Shown piece after piece: positions 37,401 through 51,996 of a stretch of 64,000 nt of DNA. The position numbers were made by a program, and so were the translations under genes. Source of the stretch: Eledone cirrhosa (Eukaryota). Numbering within the stretch: the first letter of the stretch is position 1; each line of letters begins with the position of its first letter. Location: positions 151,900,001 to 151,964,000 of the forward strand of contig OZ024743.1 of the NCBI GenBank assembly GCA_964016885.1. Direction: 5' to 3'. The notes below the pieces were generated by a model. That model was not told the origin of the DNA and searched no databases. It worked only from the letters and a program-made list of their open reading frames with translations.

Positions 37401-40400
37401 ATATATATATAGGAAACTCATAAATTGGAATGCAGTAGACAAGACAGCCTCTGTAGAGGTGTTGTCACAATGGAACGCACTCAGTATCCACACACCTATT
37501 CATAAAGTGGTGGGTGATCAGACTGAGACAACATAAAATAGAGAGGACTTTGTCACATACCTGACACCATCTCCAGTGTTGGTGCTGTGATAACATGTAC
37601 CCAGTGCACTATGCAAACTTTAGTGCTGGTACTTGATAAAAATACATGCATTGCCCACTATAAAAAGGCATCAAGCCATAGAAAGAATGCCAAATATGGA
37701 ACATATGAGCAAGATGAGGTCTATCATTCTACCTTTCATCTCAAAACAAACAAAACATGACATTACATGACAGTCCATTCCATGACAGCATGTAAAATCC
37801 TCACATAAAACTCATATAACTAGATAAAGTGAAATAAACCAAAACCCTGGGAGGAATCTTTTCTGAAAAATGTCAGCTAAAGATAAGATGTCATTCACAA
37901 TATTATTGATTCTTTTGGAGGCTGCTAACTTATGAAGAAAAGTGCTACACTCTAGGTCAATATATTTGCCATATAGGGAGTTTGGGCTACGGTGAGAGAT
38001 TTGGCTGTTGTCTTTAGCAGGACAAATGATCATGTAGAGGCAGCCTCATACTTGTCTCAAGTACTATATGGCTATAAGGTATGTTGACTCAGTTTTTGCT
38101 ATTTCATTTTTTCAAATAAGAACAGTGGTTTTTCAATGCAGTACTTGATATATTATTTGATGCAGTGAGGTATTTATTGATATAGTAGTAATGAAGTTAT
38201 GTTAAGTATATATTGTACATCATGTACTGAGGATGGCATATTATGCTGCATGTAAGTGTGTTATATGATGATTGTGTAAATGATATCAGATTGTAATGTG
38301 AATGTGGTGTATGTTCTTTAACTATTTTCAAAGCAATATAAAACTAATGAAAAATGAATGATCTTTGCTGCATCAAAATATTTACTCTCTTAAAAAATGG
38401 AAAATAAATCTTATGGGGATTATATTTTATTGGAGATGACAAGATGAAGATTTACACTTAAAGACTTCTCAAAATAGTTACAATTGATATTTCTATTCGG
38501 TATACAATGAGCATGATAACATTAATCACATGAGTTGTATTCTCTACTGTGAAGTAAAGGAACTATCTCTATTCAATGTTACTAAGTATTTTTCTGAGTA
38601 ATTAATGCTTTTAATGTTATCTACTGTTATCGTTCATTTCATTTAAAATAGAATTAAGAACAGTTCATCATAGCATATTAGTTTTGGAGTTGTCTCTCCT
38701 GCAATATATATCAGAGTTGATACTATATGTATCCAGTTGAGTGCTGCATGTATCCAGTTTAGAATATGTGCACCCTATCTCTACATGTCATGAGAAGTGA
38801 ATAAAAGGGTTGGTACCAGGAGGTATGGCTGGCTGTAAAACATTGCCTCAAAAAGGACCCCATAATCAGTATGAAGCCAATTATGTTAACTACATATTGT
38901 TGGCTATTTGCATTAACTTTGATGTTAACTTTGACGTAATGAGACTAAAATCATAATACAATGTATATATACTTAATATAATATAGTTTTTGTTGGTCAA
39001 GAAAACTTATGCTCAAAGCCTTTCCATCTCTGACTACTCTGTCTTTTTTCAACAGGATTAAATTATTGAATGTATGCTTCCTTTTTTTTAAGATAGTAGG
39101 TTGTGATATGAAAAAGATTTAGATACTATTTTTAGCAAGTAGAGTGGTTACAAAAACAAATTTTCCTCAGGCCATCTTTTCATTTAATATTGTAGAGTGT
39201 AGGAAAAGATCTACAAAGTAAATTGTATTTTAAAATATGACACTATCTTATTTTACTAACATAGAACAGAATGTTGTTTTATCGTATAGCTGCTATTATT
39301 GAAAATACACCAGCATTGTAAAATCGCTTACAGTTGAATAATTTAATCATTTACTGCTTATGATACACTTAACGATATCTATTCTTTTTTTATATGTGGT
39401 TTGTCTGACAACATAAAGCTATTACTATAATCGGTAAAGGAGTCGCTCAAAGAAGCTTATAAATCATTGTGTGCAGAAATGACTGTAAAATCGAGTTTAA
39501 GAATAAACATTATTTAAACACACAAAAAATCAAGTGAATGAGGCAGCCTAAACCTGCAAGAAATAGCAACTAAATCTTCCTTAAATTCACACTTTTTAAA
39601 TACTGTTTTAAATAAAGAAAGATATATTTTGGACAATGCAGTTCCTGATATATAAAATGATGATATGCCATGATCATGGGTCTGCTTGATCAGAGCTGAT
39701 CCATGGTTAATCAACAACAATGGCTTTTGGATTTAACAGGCAAAAGCATTGAGAATTTTAATACAAGTTAGTAAAATCCACTATAGCAAGAGGGGGCATT
39801 TATATGCTTTTTTTGCTCATCTCAAGCAAGGCAATACATCCTTTACAATGCATTGGTGTTACTGAGAAGGGAGAACAAGATAGAGAAAACATACTTTAAG
39901 GAGAGAGAAGATGACGATTGATATTTCTTTGCAATGTTTGCAAACTGTAGTAGTCAGGAAAGCAAGAAGTCAGAAGAGAACTCCACAGGTGAGATCAGAA
40001 TAGAATTTGTGATTGCATTAAGGAATATCAACTGTGAATAATTGAGAACAAGCCAGCATTCTGGTGCTCTGTTTTAACTCTTGATGATAGGGTAATAATT
40101 GGTTCAATGGCTGTAGTATGCTGGTGATACAATGTTTGCATAGCAGTAAGATCATTTAAACAAAGTTTTAGTTTGAATGCCATAAGACAATAACCGTTTT
40201 CGGGGCAGGAATTATATCATATTGGATGGGGCATTTACACCAGTCCCCACTCCATCAGCTGCAGGCCCTATTGGTGGGGGTTGGGCCTAGTAAGATAGAT
40301 GTGCTCTAGGAAGGCTAAGGTGTGACTCTGATGGGATTTTTGATTTTATATTTTAGACACACCAGAACAATACTTTTAACAAAAAATACTTATGGCAATT

Positions 40401-41919
40401 CATTAAAATTTCTCTACTTTAGGTTCTAGTAGATGGTGGGGGTGTGATCCTCCCATTTTATGCAAGAATATGGTGCATGTGTATATGTGTGCATGAGTGG
40501 TTTATAAATGTATATATATATTTGTATGAGTGTGTGTGCTTGTGTGTGTTTTTAAGTACATTAACATGTGGAAAGTGCACACAAATGAAGGTGGTCAGAT
40601 TTTTTCATTTAATACTGTATGTATAACTTGACAATTTCAATTACATGTGCCAAGCCGACTTTGAAATGTAAACTTGGAGCTTTGTTGTATATTTTAATTT
40701 TTTGTGTATGAGGGAGCACCCTAAACCTGAATTGTCTCAGATCCCCCAAATTCTAAATTCGGTCCTTTCCCTTTTGATGCCAAAACACTTGAAACTGCCC
40801 CTGTTTCTATTATATAAAGATGTTTGTTTTAAAGTGTTTATATTCATGCAAAACCTTTCATCATAAATTTTATATAAGAACCTCTTTTTTTAGTTATGCT
40901 CCAAACATCAACTTGATAACGAGACAGTTATATTACTAAATTCCTCAAAATTATTGATTATTTAAAAAATTATTTGAATATCATAGGTATTATAAATTTC
41001 CTTAGAAATATGGTAATGAAAGGGCTAGGGAAAACATGGAATCAATCACAAGATTATTCCAATTTTGAATATGCTTAGACTCTCCTCTGATCCAATAAAA
41101 TTTAGGCAACTAATGCTCTGAAAGTAACTACAACTCTCATTCAAGTATATACATACACCATATAGGTAAATCATTGTGTTGATTGTCTAACTTAGTATCC
41201 TTTTTTACAACTACAAGTCAGTATAAACAAAACAATGTAACATTCATTAATATCCCTAGCAAATCATCTAATATTGAACTGAAATACTATTGCCACTAAT
41301 ATCTAATATCTTGCAAATTAAAAATCACAAATTTCATTGTTATTTCATATTAAAATAAACAAATTATTTTAAAAAATCAATTGAAAAATTCCATTTTGTA
41401 GTCAGTTGATGTAAAAAATTAAATATTTAAAAAAGTATATCCCTAATAAATCAAATTTAAATATTAATATTTTATTTCAGTAATTATATTTGAGAGTTGA
41501 GGTAGAATGGGTGAAATCTCTAAAATAAATAACAATAAATTATCACTGTCTCAAAGTTTGTTTCAGCAGTAATTTTATATATGTCAGTGAATTAGTTTCA
41601 TTCCTCAAAATTCTTTGTCAAATAAGCAAACAAAATTGTTATTAGTTTTACAAAATTTATTGAATACAAACAATAATTTTAAAAAAATTTCTTTTGACAG
41701 CACTCATTTATATATTTATCAAAAATTGATTAATTAAAGTTATATTTGGGATTTATGATGTAGCCAATAAAAATATTCTAGTTTAAGCCAATCATTTAAA
41801 AAAGTTGACAGAAAATAAAAATCAATTTTACCTGGAAGACTATATATACTAATTGTAGCGATATAGTAATGAATACATTTAATTAATAATATTGCTATAT
41901 TTAGCACCACTACCTAGCC

Positions 41920-42062
41920 CTTGGTTGTATTTAGTGGAGTCTGCTCTGTTGTAAACATTTAGATCAGGTCTCCAGTTTGAGGATACCACCTATTGTCTCA
42001 CCAGTCAGGGAGGCCCCCTAAAAGCTAACAGGCTCTGCCATTCTCTCTCTGACTAAACAGTA
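41920..42062. repeat. Dispersed repeat, related copy at 47950-48090
   Basis: Shared agtggagtc.gct...ccagtttgag.ataccacc...ctcaccagtcag.gaggcc...aaagct.acagg...tgccattct. Confidence 0.55.
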
Positions 42063-42329
42063 AGAAAAAATAGATTCCACTATGCTACTATAAGTATTTA
42101 ATTTGAGTTTGTTTGTAATCAGTATACTATCCTTATCATCATTTATCTCCTTTTCCATACTGCATCGGTTGGCTGGGTCCTCTCCAATACAGAATCTCTC
42201 CGCTTGTAGCATTCCTTCATCCCCTCCACTGTGAGGTTCAGTGTTTTGAGTTCTAGCCACCACTTCTCAGGTTTTTCTCAGTCTTAACATTATTATTATC
42301 ACTATCAGCATTATTATCTTGCACATTAT

Positions 42330-42502
42330 CACTGCATTACTGAGTGCAGCTCTATACATCCTGGGTATGTGCAGTGTAGTTTTTGGTGGTGTATTGTATT
42401 AAGAATACTTTTCGTAATGTGTGTGCAGTGCCTAGTAGTGCTATCTTTTGTATGCTGTAAATATTTGTAAGTCCTGGGGTTTTTGTTAAGTATCTGTCTG
42501 TA
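42330..42502 (-). mobile_element. 3' end of a restriction-like-endonuclease LINE (R4/Dong-like)
   Basis: IQKIALLGTAHTLRKVF resembles the C-terminal motif of this group; followed by a (TAA)-like tail. Confidence 0.6.
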
Positions 42503-42544
42503 ATTATTATAATTATTATTATCATTATTATTATTATTAGGGTG

Positions 42545-42762
42545 ATGCATTTGCAGAAGCGGTAGAGCGCCGTACAACACATGCGTAATGGCATAGAGTT
42601 ACAGCCCTTTACGGTCTGAGTTCAAATCCCGTCAAGATTAACTTTGCCTTTCATCCTTACGGGGTCGATAGAATAAGGCACCCGTAATGCCCTGGGGTTG
42701 ATTGAGTCGATTTTCCCTTTCCCTTAAAATTGCTGGCCTTGTGCCTAATGTAGAAACAATTA
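42545..42762 (+). mobile_element. tRNA-derived SINE with Meta-like domain
   Basis: gagttcaaatccc B box then gcctttcatccttacggggtcgata. Confidence 0.75.
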
Positions 42763-43351
42763 TTCTTATGCAGACAAACAATAATTCATTTCATTATGTC
42801 ATATATATATATATATGAAATTATTGTACAAGAAATTGTTTCATAGTTATCAGAGAACAATATGAATAATAATTTCATGATTTGCTCTGTCAAAAATTTA
42901 CGGGTATTAGTAGCTATTAAAACAAAGCTTACTGATTGATGATTTCATAGAAGAAATTTGTAAGAATACATATAATCTACTTTATTTGTTTACATTTCAT
43001 AAAGAACCTAAACAAAATTTCAAAAATACAGTCTCATCAAGAGAAACGAGAAAATAAAAATTGAAAATGATTTCCTTTAAATAATTTCTATGAAAAGTTA
43101 TTTGTTCTTAATAATGACACTTAACAATATTAATGACTTTAAGCTAGCAATCCAACTAATTAGCTTCTCTTTATTTCTTTACAATGAAGACAAGAGATAC
43201 AAAGAAATGTTGAAAAGGAAGTAATTACCTGAATTTAATAAATAATTTGACATAACAATGACAGTATGATCAGGGAAAATTTGTCATATGTCCATCTAGT
43301 TTCAATATCTCATAAAATATAAACATCAACTTTAATATATTTATATATATA

Positions 43352-43576
43352 TAATAATAGGAACGATCGACTTTCGTCAAATCGGACCGAGGGAACAATG
43401 TTTCCGTTGGTCTTTCCAATTGCTAATACTATCTATCGGTCGCAACTCCAGGTAGAAGGAGCAACGTGAAATAAAGTGTCTTGCTTAAGGACATAACGCA
43501 TCGCCTGGTCCAGGAATCGAACTCACAACCTTACGATTGCGGAATCCAATTCTCTAACCACTCAGCCACATGCCTT

Positions 43577-43577
<1 letters not shown>
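43352..43577 (-). mobile_element. tRNA-derived SINE, copy of 7601-7825
   Basis: Near-identical sequence. Confidence 0.85.
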
Positions 43578-43620
<43 letters not shown>

Positions 43621-43626
<6 letters not shown>

Positions 43627-43972
43627 CCCGTCCCACCACCACCACCCCCCACCCCATCCACACCACCCCGTTCTATGTAAAGTTATGTTGGTGCCGCGCC
43701 ATCCAGGCCGAAACAAATGAGATCGTGTAGGTGTCACGACAAAAAAACACACAGTCCACGCTGTAATGTGGCCGTGTAGGCAACACGGTAAAAACCTCCC
43801 AGACCCACACTGTAAATGTGGTTGGTGTTAGGAAGGGCATCCAACTGTAGAAAACCTGCCAGACAGTCCTATGCGAGCAAGACAATCACTCTTGCCTCAA
43901 GTGGGACTACCCCCGTCCAAACCCATGCAAGCGTGGAACACGGACGTTAAACGTTGATGATGATGATGATGA

Positions 43973-43975
<3 letters not shown>
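43621..43975 (+). mobile_element. 3'UTR-only copy of RTE subfamily A
   Basis: Matches 44885-45236 and the reverse complement of 9163-9512. Confidence 0.9.
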
Positions 43976-44018
<43 letters not shown>

Positions 44019-44031
44019 TTTCCTACAAACT

Positions 44032-45233
44032 CTAGTTTGTAGGAAAGAAAACAAGTCGGCGGTCCCTTCTGGGAAGTGGCCATGCGCAGAGTGTTGGAAA
44101 GGCGTTGGTAGAAATTCCATTTTGTGTCCCAAATGCAGAGTTTGGGTGCATAAAAGATGTAGTGGGATCACAGGTAAGCTAACTAAGAACATAGATTTTA
44201 CATGTGGCCGGTGTTCTGGGGATATAAGTAGCAGCAAGTGCCCACAAAATACTAGCTCTTTCAACTGCGCAGAGGGTTCTATAGAAATAGTGGACAGCTT
44301 CCGTTACCTGGGTGACAAAATCAGCAGTGGGGGAGGGTGCTCTGAAAGTACAGTAGCTAGAGTCAGAAGTGGGTGGAAAAAGTTCAGAGAGCTTATACCA
44401 CTATTAGCCGCTAAAGGGTTCTCCCTAAAAATGAAAGGCAGGCTGTACGATGCCTGCATACGAACAGCAATGTTGCATGGCAGTGAGACCTGGGCATTGT
44501 GTGCAGAGGATATACGCAGACTAGAGAGAAACGAAGCTTGCATGCTCCGCTGGATGTGTAATAGTAATATACGTGAACGACAAAGCATAAACGAACTAAG
44601 GAAAAAATTAGAAATAAGAGGGATCAGATGTTGTTTACTAGAGAGAAGGCTACGTTGGTATGGTCACGTGATGCGCATGAAGGATGATAGCTGTATAACA
44701 AAGTGCAGGGCAATAAAGATAGACGGTAGCCACGGAATAGGCAGACCCAGAAAAACCTGGGACGAGCTGATAAACTCCGACCTCACACACTTACACCTCA
44801 CCAAGACAATGTCACTGGACCGAGACCTTTGGCGGTACTCAGTAATAGAGAAGACCCGCCTTGCCAGTAGGCATCTCTAACTAAATACACCCCGTCCCAC
44901 CACCCCCACCCCCACCATCCACACCACCCCGTTCTATGTAAAGTTATGTTGGTGCCGCGCCATCCAGGCCGAAACAAATGAGATCGTGTAGGTGTCACGA
45001 CAAAAAAACACACAGTCCACGCTGTAATGTGGCCGTGTAGGCAACACGGTAAAAACCTCCCAGACCCACACTGTAAATGTGGTTGGTGTTAGGAAGGGCA
45101 TCCAACTGTAGAAAACCTGCCAGACAGTCCTATGCGAGCAAGAAAATCAATCTTGCCTCAAGTGGGACTACCCCCATCCAAACCCATGCAAACGTGGAAC
45201 ACGGACGTTAAACGTTGATGATGATGATGATGA

Positions 45234-45236
<3 letters not shown>
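44032..45236 (+). mobile_element. 5'-truncated RTE subfamily A (PHD finger and C-terminus, stop at 44880)
   Basis: Translation nearly identical to the C-terminal part of the 9558-12794 ORF; (GAT)n tail. Confidence 0.92.
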
Positions 45237-45288
<52 letters not shown>

Positions 45289-45372
45289 TATATGTATATA
45301 TATATATAAATATATATATGTATATATACATAATATATATGTATATATACATATATATATAAATATATATGT

Positions 45373-45407
<35 letters not shown>

Positions 45408-45799
45408 AATATATATGTATATATACACACGCACATACATATATACATACATACATACACACATACATGATGACTGCCAACTCGTTTTCGAGTACGGCCA
45501 CTACTTTATATCCATGTAGGAGAACCCCTACCGATGCGCTGAATGAGTGTGACTTTTTAGTCCAGCCAGCGACTTGAAAACTCTGGTACAAACACTACAC
45601 TTGTGACAATTAGTGACACATAGTGCTGGGCCCATGGTACCATGTGACGACAAGTGCAGAGAGATCTCCAGATATAAAGCAATGCCGGTGCCGTGAAGCT
45701 TTTATAGTGAGCAAAGGCACTGCACAAAGCCAGTCCCACTCTCTTAACAAAGATGATATTTACCAAAGAGAAGAACAAGTCAACATCATTGGATACCAT

Positions 45800-46062
45800 C
45801 AGGGTTGCAGGTGTTATATCAGAGTTTTCCTTCTCCTAGAATTCTGCCTTCACAAAGGCTAAGGGGTCATCTCTCCTGGTGATTTTGGATGGCCATTGAC
45901 TCTTAAGAGCTCCTTTGCCCTTTGACAGGTTTTGTTTTTAGTCCTGCAGGATGTCCAAAGTCACTCTCCTCACCAAGAAACCTTGCTGGGGTTGCCAGTT
46001 TAGTCGCCAACGACCCGACCATGAGACAGGTTGTACTGGGATACATGTTACCAGTAGCACCA
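45800..46062 (-). mobile_element. Probable RTE-type 5'UTR fragment
   Basis: Reverse strand contains ctaggagaaggaaaactctgat, which I recall from RTE/BovB-type 5' regions; homologous to 22820-23085. Confidence 0.4.
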
Positions 46063-46409
46063 ACATACATACACACATACATACATACATGCATACATAC
46101 ATATAAATATACATACATACAGGAGTATCTCATAAAATAGAAAAAAATCTCACTTGGAAGACCTCCATCATATTTTTCCATTAAATTATTTTTTCTTCAA
46201 GATCTAACTGCAAATAACAGAAAGCTGACAAATGGAAAACAACGAAGACAAGTATTAGAGACTTGAATATCTGATGCCATCATAGTAAAATTTATTTTAG
46301 TCAGGCAAAATATTATATAAAACAACCATAAATGTTCTAAGCAGCCCATCTCAATCAAACTATCCTACACTTAAGTAATGAAAAATTTCTTCATAAAATA
46401 AGAAAAGCT

Positions 46410-46640
46410 TACTTGTACTTGTGTCGGCAATCACCCAGCTGGCTTCAACCAGTGCATCTACACCATTGTGAACAGAGGCCAGCCATGCATGGCAATCACT
46501 GATGTTTGACATGGTTATTGTCAGCCAAGTATGATTCCAATAACAAACACCATATATGTAATGACACATATCAGCACAATATCTGACAATTCAAGTTTTC
46601 AGCTGAGAACCTTGCTGTTTATGTCATCTCAGGAGGAGCT
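46410..46640 (-). pseudogene. Possible decayed mariner transposase N-terminal (HTH) remnant
   Basis: Fragments RFSAENLN, MCHYIYGVC and NISD...VDALVEA loosely match mariner N-termini; several frameshifts. Confidence 0.25.
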
Positions 46641-48912
46641 CTCACACAACTGCACCAGGGATGAGTTAACCTTGTGGGCAGCAGAGCGTGCAACTAACCA
46701 ACAGATGTACCTTTTGAAGGGGAATATTTTTGAGGGTTCAAATTCAGCAGCGATGATGAATTTCACATTTTGGCATAAAATCCAATGTGCAAACACGGAA
46801 GACTGAGCAAATGCAAACGTGGTAAAAAAAAAACAGCTTGCAGATTCAATTGAAAAGCTGAGTTTTAGTTTTCATAAGTAATGTGTCACACAAGTGGTAT
46901 AGTTGACTTAATAATGTTAATGACTAACTAAATATTCAAAATCAATGGCAATATTCACTACATTTAGTATGGAGTTTTAATAATGAAATATCACTTTTAA
47001 TAATTTAGGATGAGCAGAAAAACTTTTATAAGGTATCTTGTACCATAGCTATGGCTTTACTGATACCTTGCATGTAGAATTTGGCAGGTAATATGTCTGC
47101 GGGAGCTTGTATATATAACTAATAATGAGCTTCATGACTAAAGACCATGAGGGCTGGCACTATGTAGTGCTGAAGAAGATCGGACCTGTAGCAAATAATG
47201 TGATCTGATCTACCCCCATGCCCTCTTCCATTACCACTCCCTAGCAGTTATTCTCAACATCACTACTTCAACCACACTGTGCATACCCTCAAACATTCTC
47301 AGCAGCTGCTCCGTGTGATGTGGCTGGTGATGGGAAGGGCATTCAACCATAGAGGGCTTGCCAAACAAAGGGTTGGGAGGACCATTCAGTCATATCAAGG
47401 ACATGACAACCTCCCTGGTGTTGGTGATCTATACAATAAATGCACCCATTACACACTGCAAAGTGGTTGGTCATAAGGAGGACACCCAGCCATAGAAAGC
47501 TTGTCATACAATGAGATGGGAAGACCTCTCATGTGCACTCAGTGGAATGTGTGACCATAAATAAATGAGACAGAACTTTGGCTTGTCTTGGAAATCAGTG
47601 GCTCTGCTTCAGTACTGACTTTGTTTATGTAAACTTGTGCAACCCTTACTAGCAGAGAAAGCAGATGTTAAGATGATAATGATATATTCATACACACACA
47701 CATATGGTGTAGTTGTTGGATGGGAATAGAGCCAGTGATGAATGTTGTGAAGAGAAATGGATTGAGATGGTTGGGTCATGTGTTGAGGAAGGATGAACAT
47801 GACTGGCTGAGATGAGTGGTGGAAATGAATGTGGAGGGATGTAGAAGAAGAGGGAGCCCATGAAAGCCAAAGGTGATGAGGGATACGCAGGCGTTAGGGT
47901 AAAATTGAAAAGTTTGTTATGTGGCCCACAAATTTAGCAACATCACCTGGCCATTGGTTGTTTTCAGTGGAGTCCGCTGTTTCAAACAATTAGACAGGTG
48001 ACCAGTTTGAGCATACCACCCATCCCTCTCACCAGTCAGAGAGGCCTTGAAAAAGCTCACAGGCACTGCCATTCTTTCCCTGTTTTAGCAGGAAATGGCC
48101 TTAAAGCTTGCATTTTTGTATAGTTGCTTCAATCGAATTTACAAATATCTGCAGTAAACAACATTAGCTAATTATCAAATTAAAGTAAAAGAAGAGAAAA
48201 GTAAGATATTTGAGATTATAAAAGATAAAACTGTTTACCTGAGTGTATATTTATTACACCTGATTCATGAAATGTATGATCTAGTGCTATAATCACTAAA
48301 ACCTCTAATTTAGACCCTTCATAGACAATGTACTTTTTAATACTATTAATTAAATAAAAAGGGTGTAGCCTTAGTTGTCATTGCTTATCCAAGAGTTCTG
48401 CTTTGCTGCTTTAACCCATTTATGACCATATTCCTAATAAAATACACTATATATTAATTAAATAATGAAGAATTTGGTGGATTTTCCTAAAATAATTACT
48501 TCATTATTAAGATGACATTTGTAACTTAACAAATGGTTCTTATATAAAATTATGTTGGAAGATTATTTATTTAAATAGGAACCCTTTAAAATGGGTGGTT
48601 TTATTTCATAGAAACAAAGGTGGTTTGAACAAGTTGGTGTTTAAAGGATTTAAGATTGACTTTCATCACTTCTGCAGGTCAATGAAATAAGTATGAGATA
48701 GATAGCATTATGTAACCATGCTAACCCCCTGTTAATAAAGTTGACCCCTGACTAGATGAAATAAATAAATATTAAAGGATTTCTAATGAAAGGTAGTTCA
48801 CATGTCAAACAAAATAATTGACAGAAACCTTTAATAAATATTTGGCTCAGGAATAAGATAATTTTGGTTTTTGGTATAGCAACTTTTATTCATTAGGAAT
48901 ATTTTAGATTCT

Positions 48913-51900
48913 AAGAATCATTAAACTCAGACTAGTCCTGAATAAGACAATTACCACAATAATATCAGCTTACGCACCCCAATCGGGGCTGCCAGACGAA
49001 CTTAAGGATAGGTTTTACGAGTCCCTAATACACACTACTGCTCTAACAGACGACAAGGACTTCCTAATCATTGCAGGAGATTTTAACGGACACGTAGGTA
49101 AACACTGCGACGGCTTCAATAGAGTACATGGAGGCCATGGAGTTGGCACAAGGAATGAGGAAGGATTCAGACTTCTAGAATTCTGCGACGCCAATGACAT
49201 GTCGATATGTAACACAAACTTTAAAAAACCCGACAACCACCTGATCACCTATAGATCAGGGTAGCACTCTAGTCAGTTAGATTTTATCCTCATCAGAGGA
49301 CGTGACAGATGGACGGTCGTAAACACAAAAGCCTTCCCTAGTGAGGAATGTACATCCCAACATAGCTTAGTTGTCAGCGACCTCACGGTCAGAACTAGAC
49401 GAGCCCTGAAACAGAGGCCAACCTGGAGAAGAAAGATCTGGAAGCTGAAAGTCCCCTCAACCAGTAACAGATTTAAAGATATTTTACTCAACGCCTACGA
49501 CAGTAAAGAAGAACAGATAGAGACATTTAACGTAGAAGAGAACTGGGAGTTCCTAAAAAATAACTTACTAGAGGCGACGGATGAGGTTTGTGGCTGGAGT
49601 AAGACCTCAAGCAGGAGGAGAGTGACTTGGTGGTGGAACAATAAGGTAGATGAAGCAGTCAAGGCCAAGAGACAGGCATGGAAAGAATGGAAGAACGGGG
49701 GGAGCAGGGTACATTACATAGAGACCAAGAGGGAAGCTAGGCGACAAGTATACTTAGCTAGGAGGGAAGCAGAGGATAGAAAATTCAAGCATGTTTTACA
49801 ACGTGAGGACCAGAAACAGGAGGTATTCAAGATTGCGAGGCAGTGTGTCAGAGATAGTTGTGATGTCATTGGAGAGAAGTGTATCCGGAATGATAAAGGT
49901 GAGCTTGCCCTCACAAGTGCTGAGAAGAAAGATGCATGGAAGAGTCATTATGATAGATTACTAAATGAGGAGAATGCATGGGAAGAAGAGACCCTATCCC
50001 ACGTAGACCCTATAGAGGGACCAGCAGTACAAGTCAGCGGCAGCGTAGTAAGTAAGGCAATCAGAGATATGAAGATAGGGAAGGCAACCGGTCCATCGGG
50101 TATAGCTGCCGAGATGCTGAAGGCATCTGGGTCTGTAGGTCACACTATAACCACACGTATCGTTAACCAGGTAATACTAGAGGGGGCCATACCAAAAGAT
50201 TGGTGCAGTAGCATCATTGTCAACTGCTACAAAGGTAAAGGCGATGCACTAGATAGAGGAAACTATAGAGGTATAAAGTTGATGGACCAGGTCATGAAAG
50301 TAACAGAAAGAGTTATAGCACAGCTGATTAGGGACCGGGTGAATACAGACGAGATGCAATTTGGGTTTGTACCAGGGAAAGGCACCACTGATGCCCTCTT
50401 CCTTGTGAGGCAATTACAGGAAAAGTACCTAGCTAAAAGTAAGCCACTCTACTTGGCATTTGTCGACCTTGAGAAAGCCTTTGACAGAGTTCCACGTGCA
50501 GTAATCTGGTGGGCTCTTAGAAAACTAGGAGTAGATGAATGGCTTGTGAAAGCGGTACAAGCCATGTATAGGGGAGCAGTCAGCAAAGTTAGGATTGGCA
50601 ATGAGTATAGCGAGGAATTTAGCGTACAGGTTGGGGTCCACCAGGGCTCTGTTCTTAGCCCTCTCCTGTTCATCATAGTCCTGCAGGCAATAACGGAGGA
50701 GTTTAAGACCGGATGCCCATGGGAACTCCTGTATGCTGATGACCTCGCACTCATAGCTGAATCTATGGTAGAACTAGAGAATAAATTCCAAACCTGGAAG
50801 CAGGGACTAGAGAGAAAGGGCCTCAAAGTCAACATGACAAAGACTAAGGTCCTTATAAGTAGACGAGAAAACAGAACCCAGATCCCCTCAGGGAAATGGC
50901 CTTGCTCAGTATGTAGGAAAGGTGTAGGTAGGAACTCCATTCTTTGCCCCAAATGCAAACAATGGGTACACAAGAGATGTAGCGGGATCTCAGGAAGCTT
51001 AATTAAGAATGTAGGATTCACATGCAGCAGCTGTGCTGAAACAGCAAGCAAACAGCCACAGGAAACAAGTACCACCAATCTCTGGGAGGGCCCTGTAGAA
51101 ACAGTAGACAGCTTCTGCTACCTAGGTGACCGAATTAGCAACGGAGGTGGGTGCTCAGAAAGTACAATAACTAGGGTAAGAACGGGATGGAAGAAGTTTA
51201 GGGAACTACTACCACTGCTAGCTGCAAAAGGCTTCTCCCTCAGAATGAAAGGCAGACTGTATGATGCGTGTATCCGAACAACGATGTTGCATGGTAGTGA
51301 GACCTGGGCGCTGAAGGTGGAAGACTTACATAGATTAGAGAGAAACGAAGCCTGCATGCTCCGATGGATGTGTAACAGTAATATACGTGAACGACAAAGC
51401 ATAAAGGAATTGAGAGAGAGACTGAGCATAAGAGGAATCAAATGCTGCGTGCAGGAGAGGCGGTTACGCTGGTATGGACATGTGATGCGTATGAAGGATG
51501 ACAGCTGCATAAAAAGGTGCAGAGCACTAGAAGTTGATGGAAACCGCGGAGTGGGGAGACCCAAGATGACTTGGGATGAGGTGATAAAAGCCGACCTTAC
51601 CCAACTACACCTCTCAAAGTCAATGACACACGACCGTGATCTCTGGCGTCACGCAGTAATACAGGGTACCCGACCTCCCATGGGTACATGCTGAAGCATA
51701 TAAACAATATGCCCCCCCCCCCACCGCAAGGTGGTCGTGGAGGTGCCACGGCAAAAAAGCACCCAGCCCACACTGTAAAGTGGACGTGTAGGCGCCACGA
51801 AAAAGCACCCAGCACTCACTGTAAATGAGGTTGGTGTTAGGAAGGGCATCCAGCTGTAGAAATCAAGCCAGATCAGTTCCTGTATGAGCAAGGCATGGTC

Positions 51901-51996
51901 AGCCGACCAGACACTGCCCACAACAGGACAACCCGTCTAACCCATGCTAGCGTGGAAGAACGGACGTAAAACGGTGATGATGATGATGATGATGAT
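48913..51996 (+). mobile_element. 5'-truncated RTE subfamily B, near-identical to 25683-28756 but inverted
   Basis: Starts inside the endonuclease; GAG-to-TAG stop at 49262-49264; only a handful of amino-acid differences; (GAT)n tail. Confidence 0.93.
49622..51694 (+). pseudogene. Residual RT + PHD reading frame of the truncated RTE-B copy
   Basis: Open frame with YADD downstream of the premature stop; endonuclease N-terminus missing. Confidence 0.85.
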
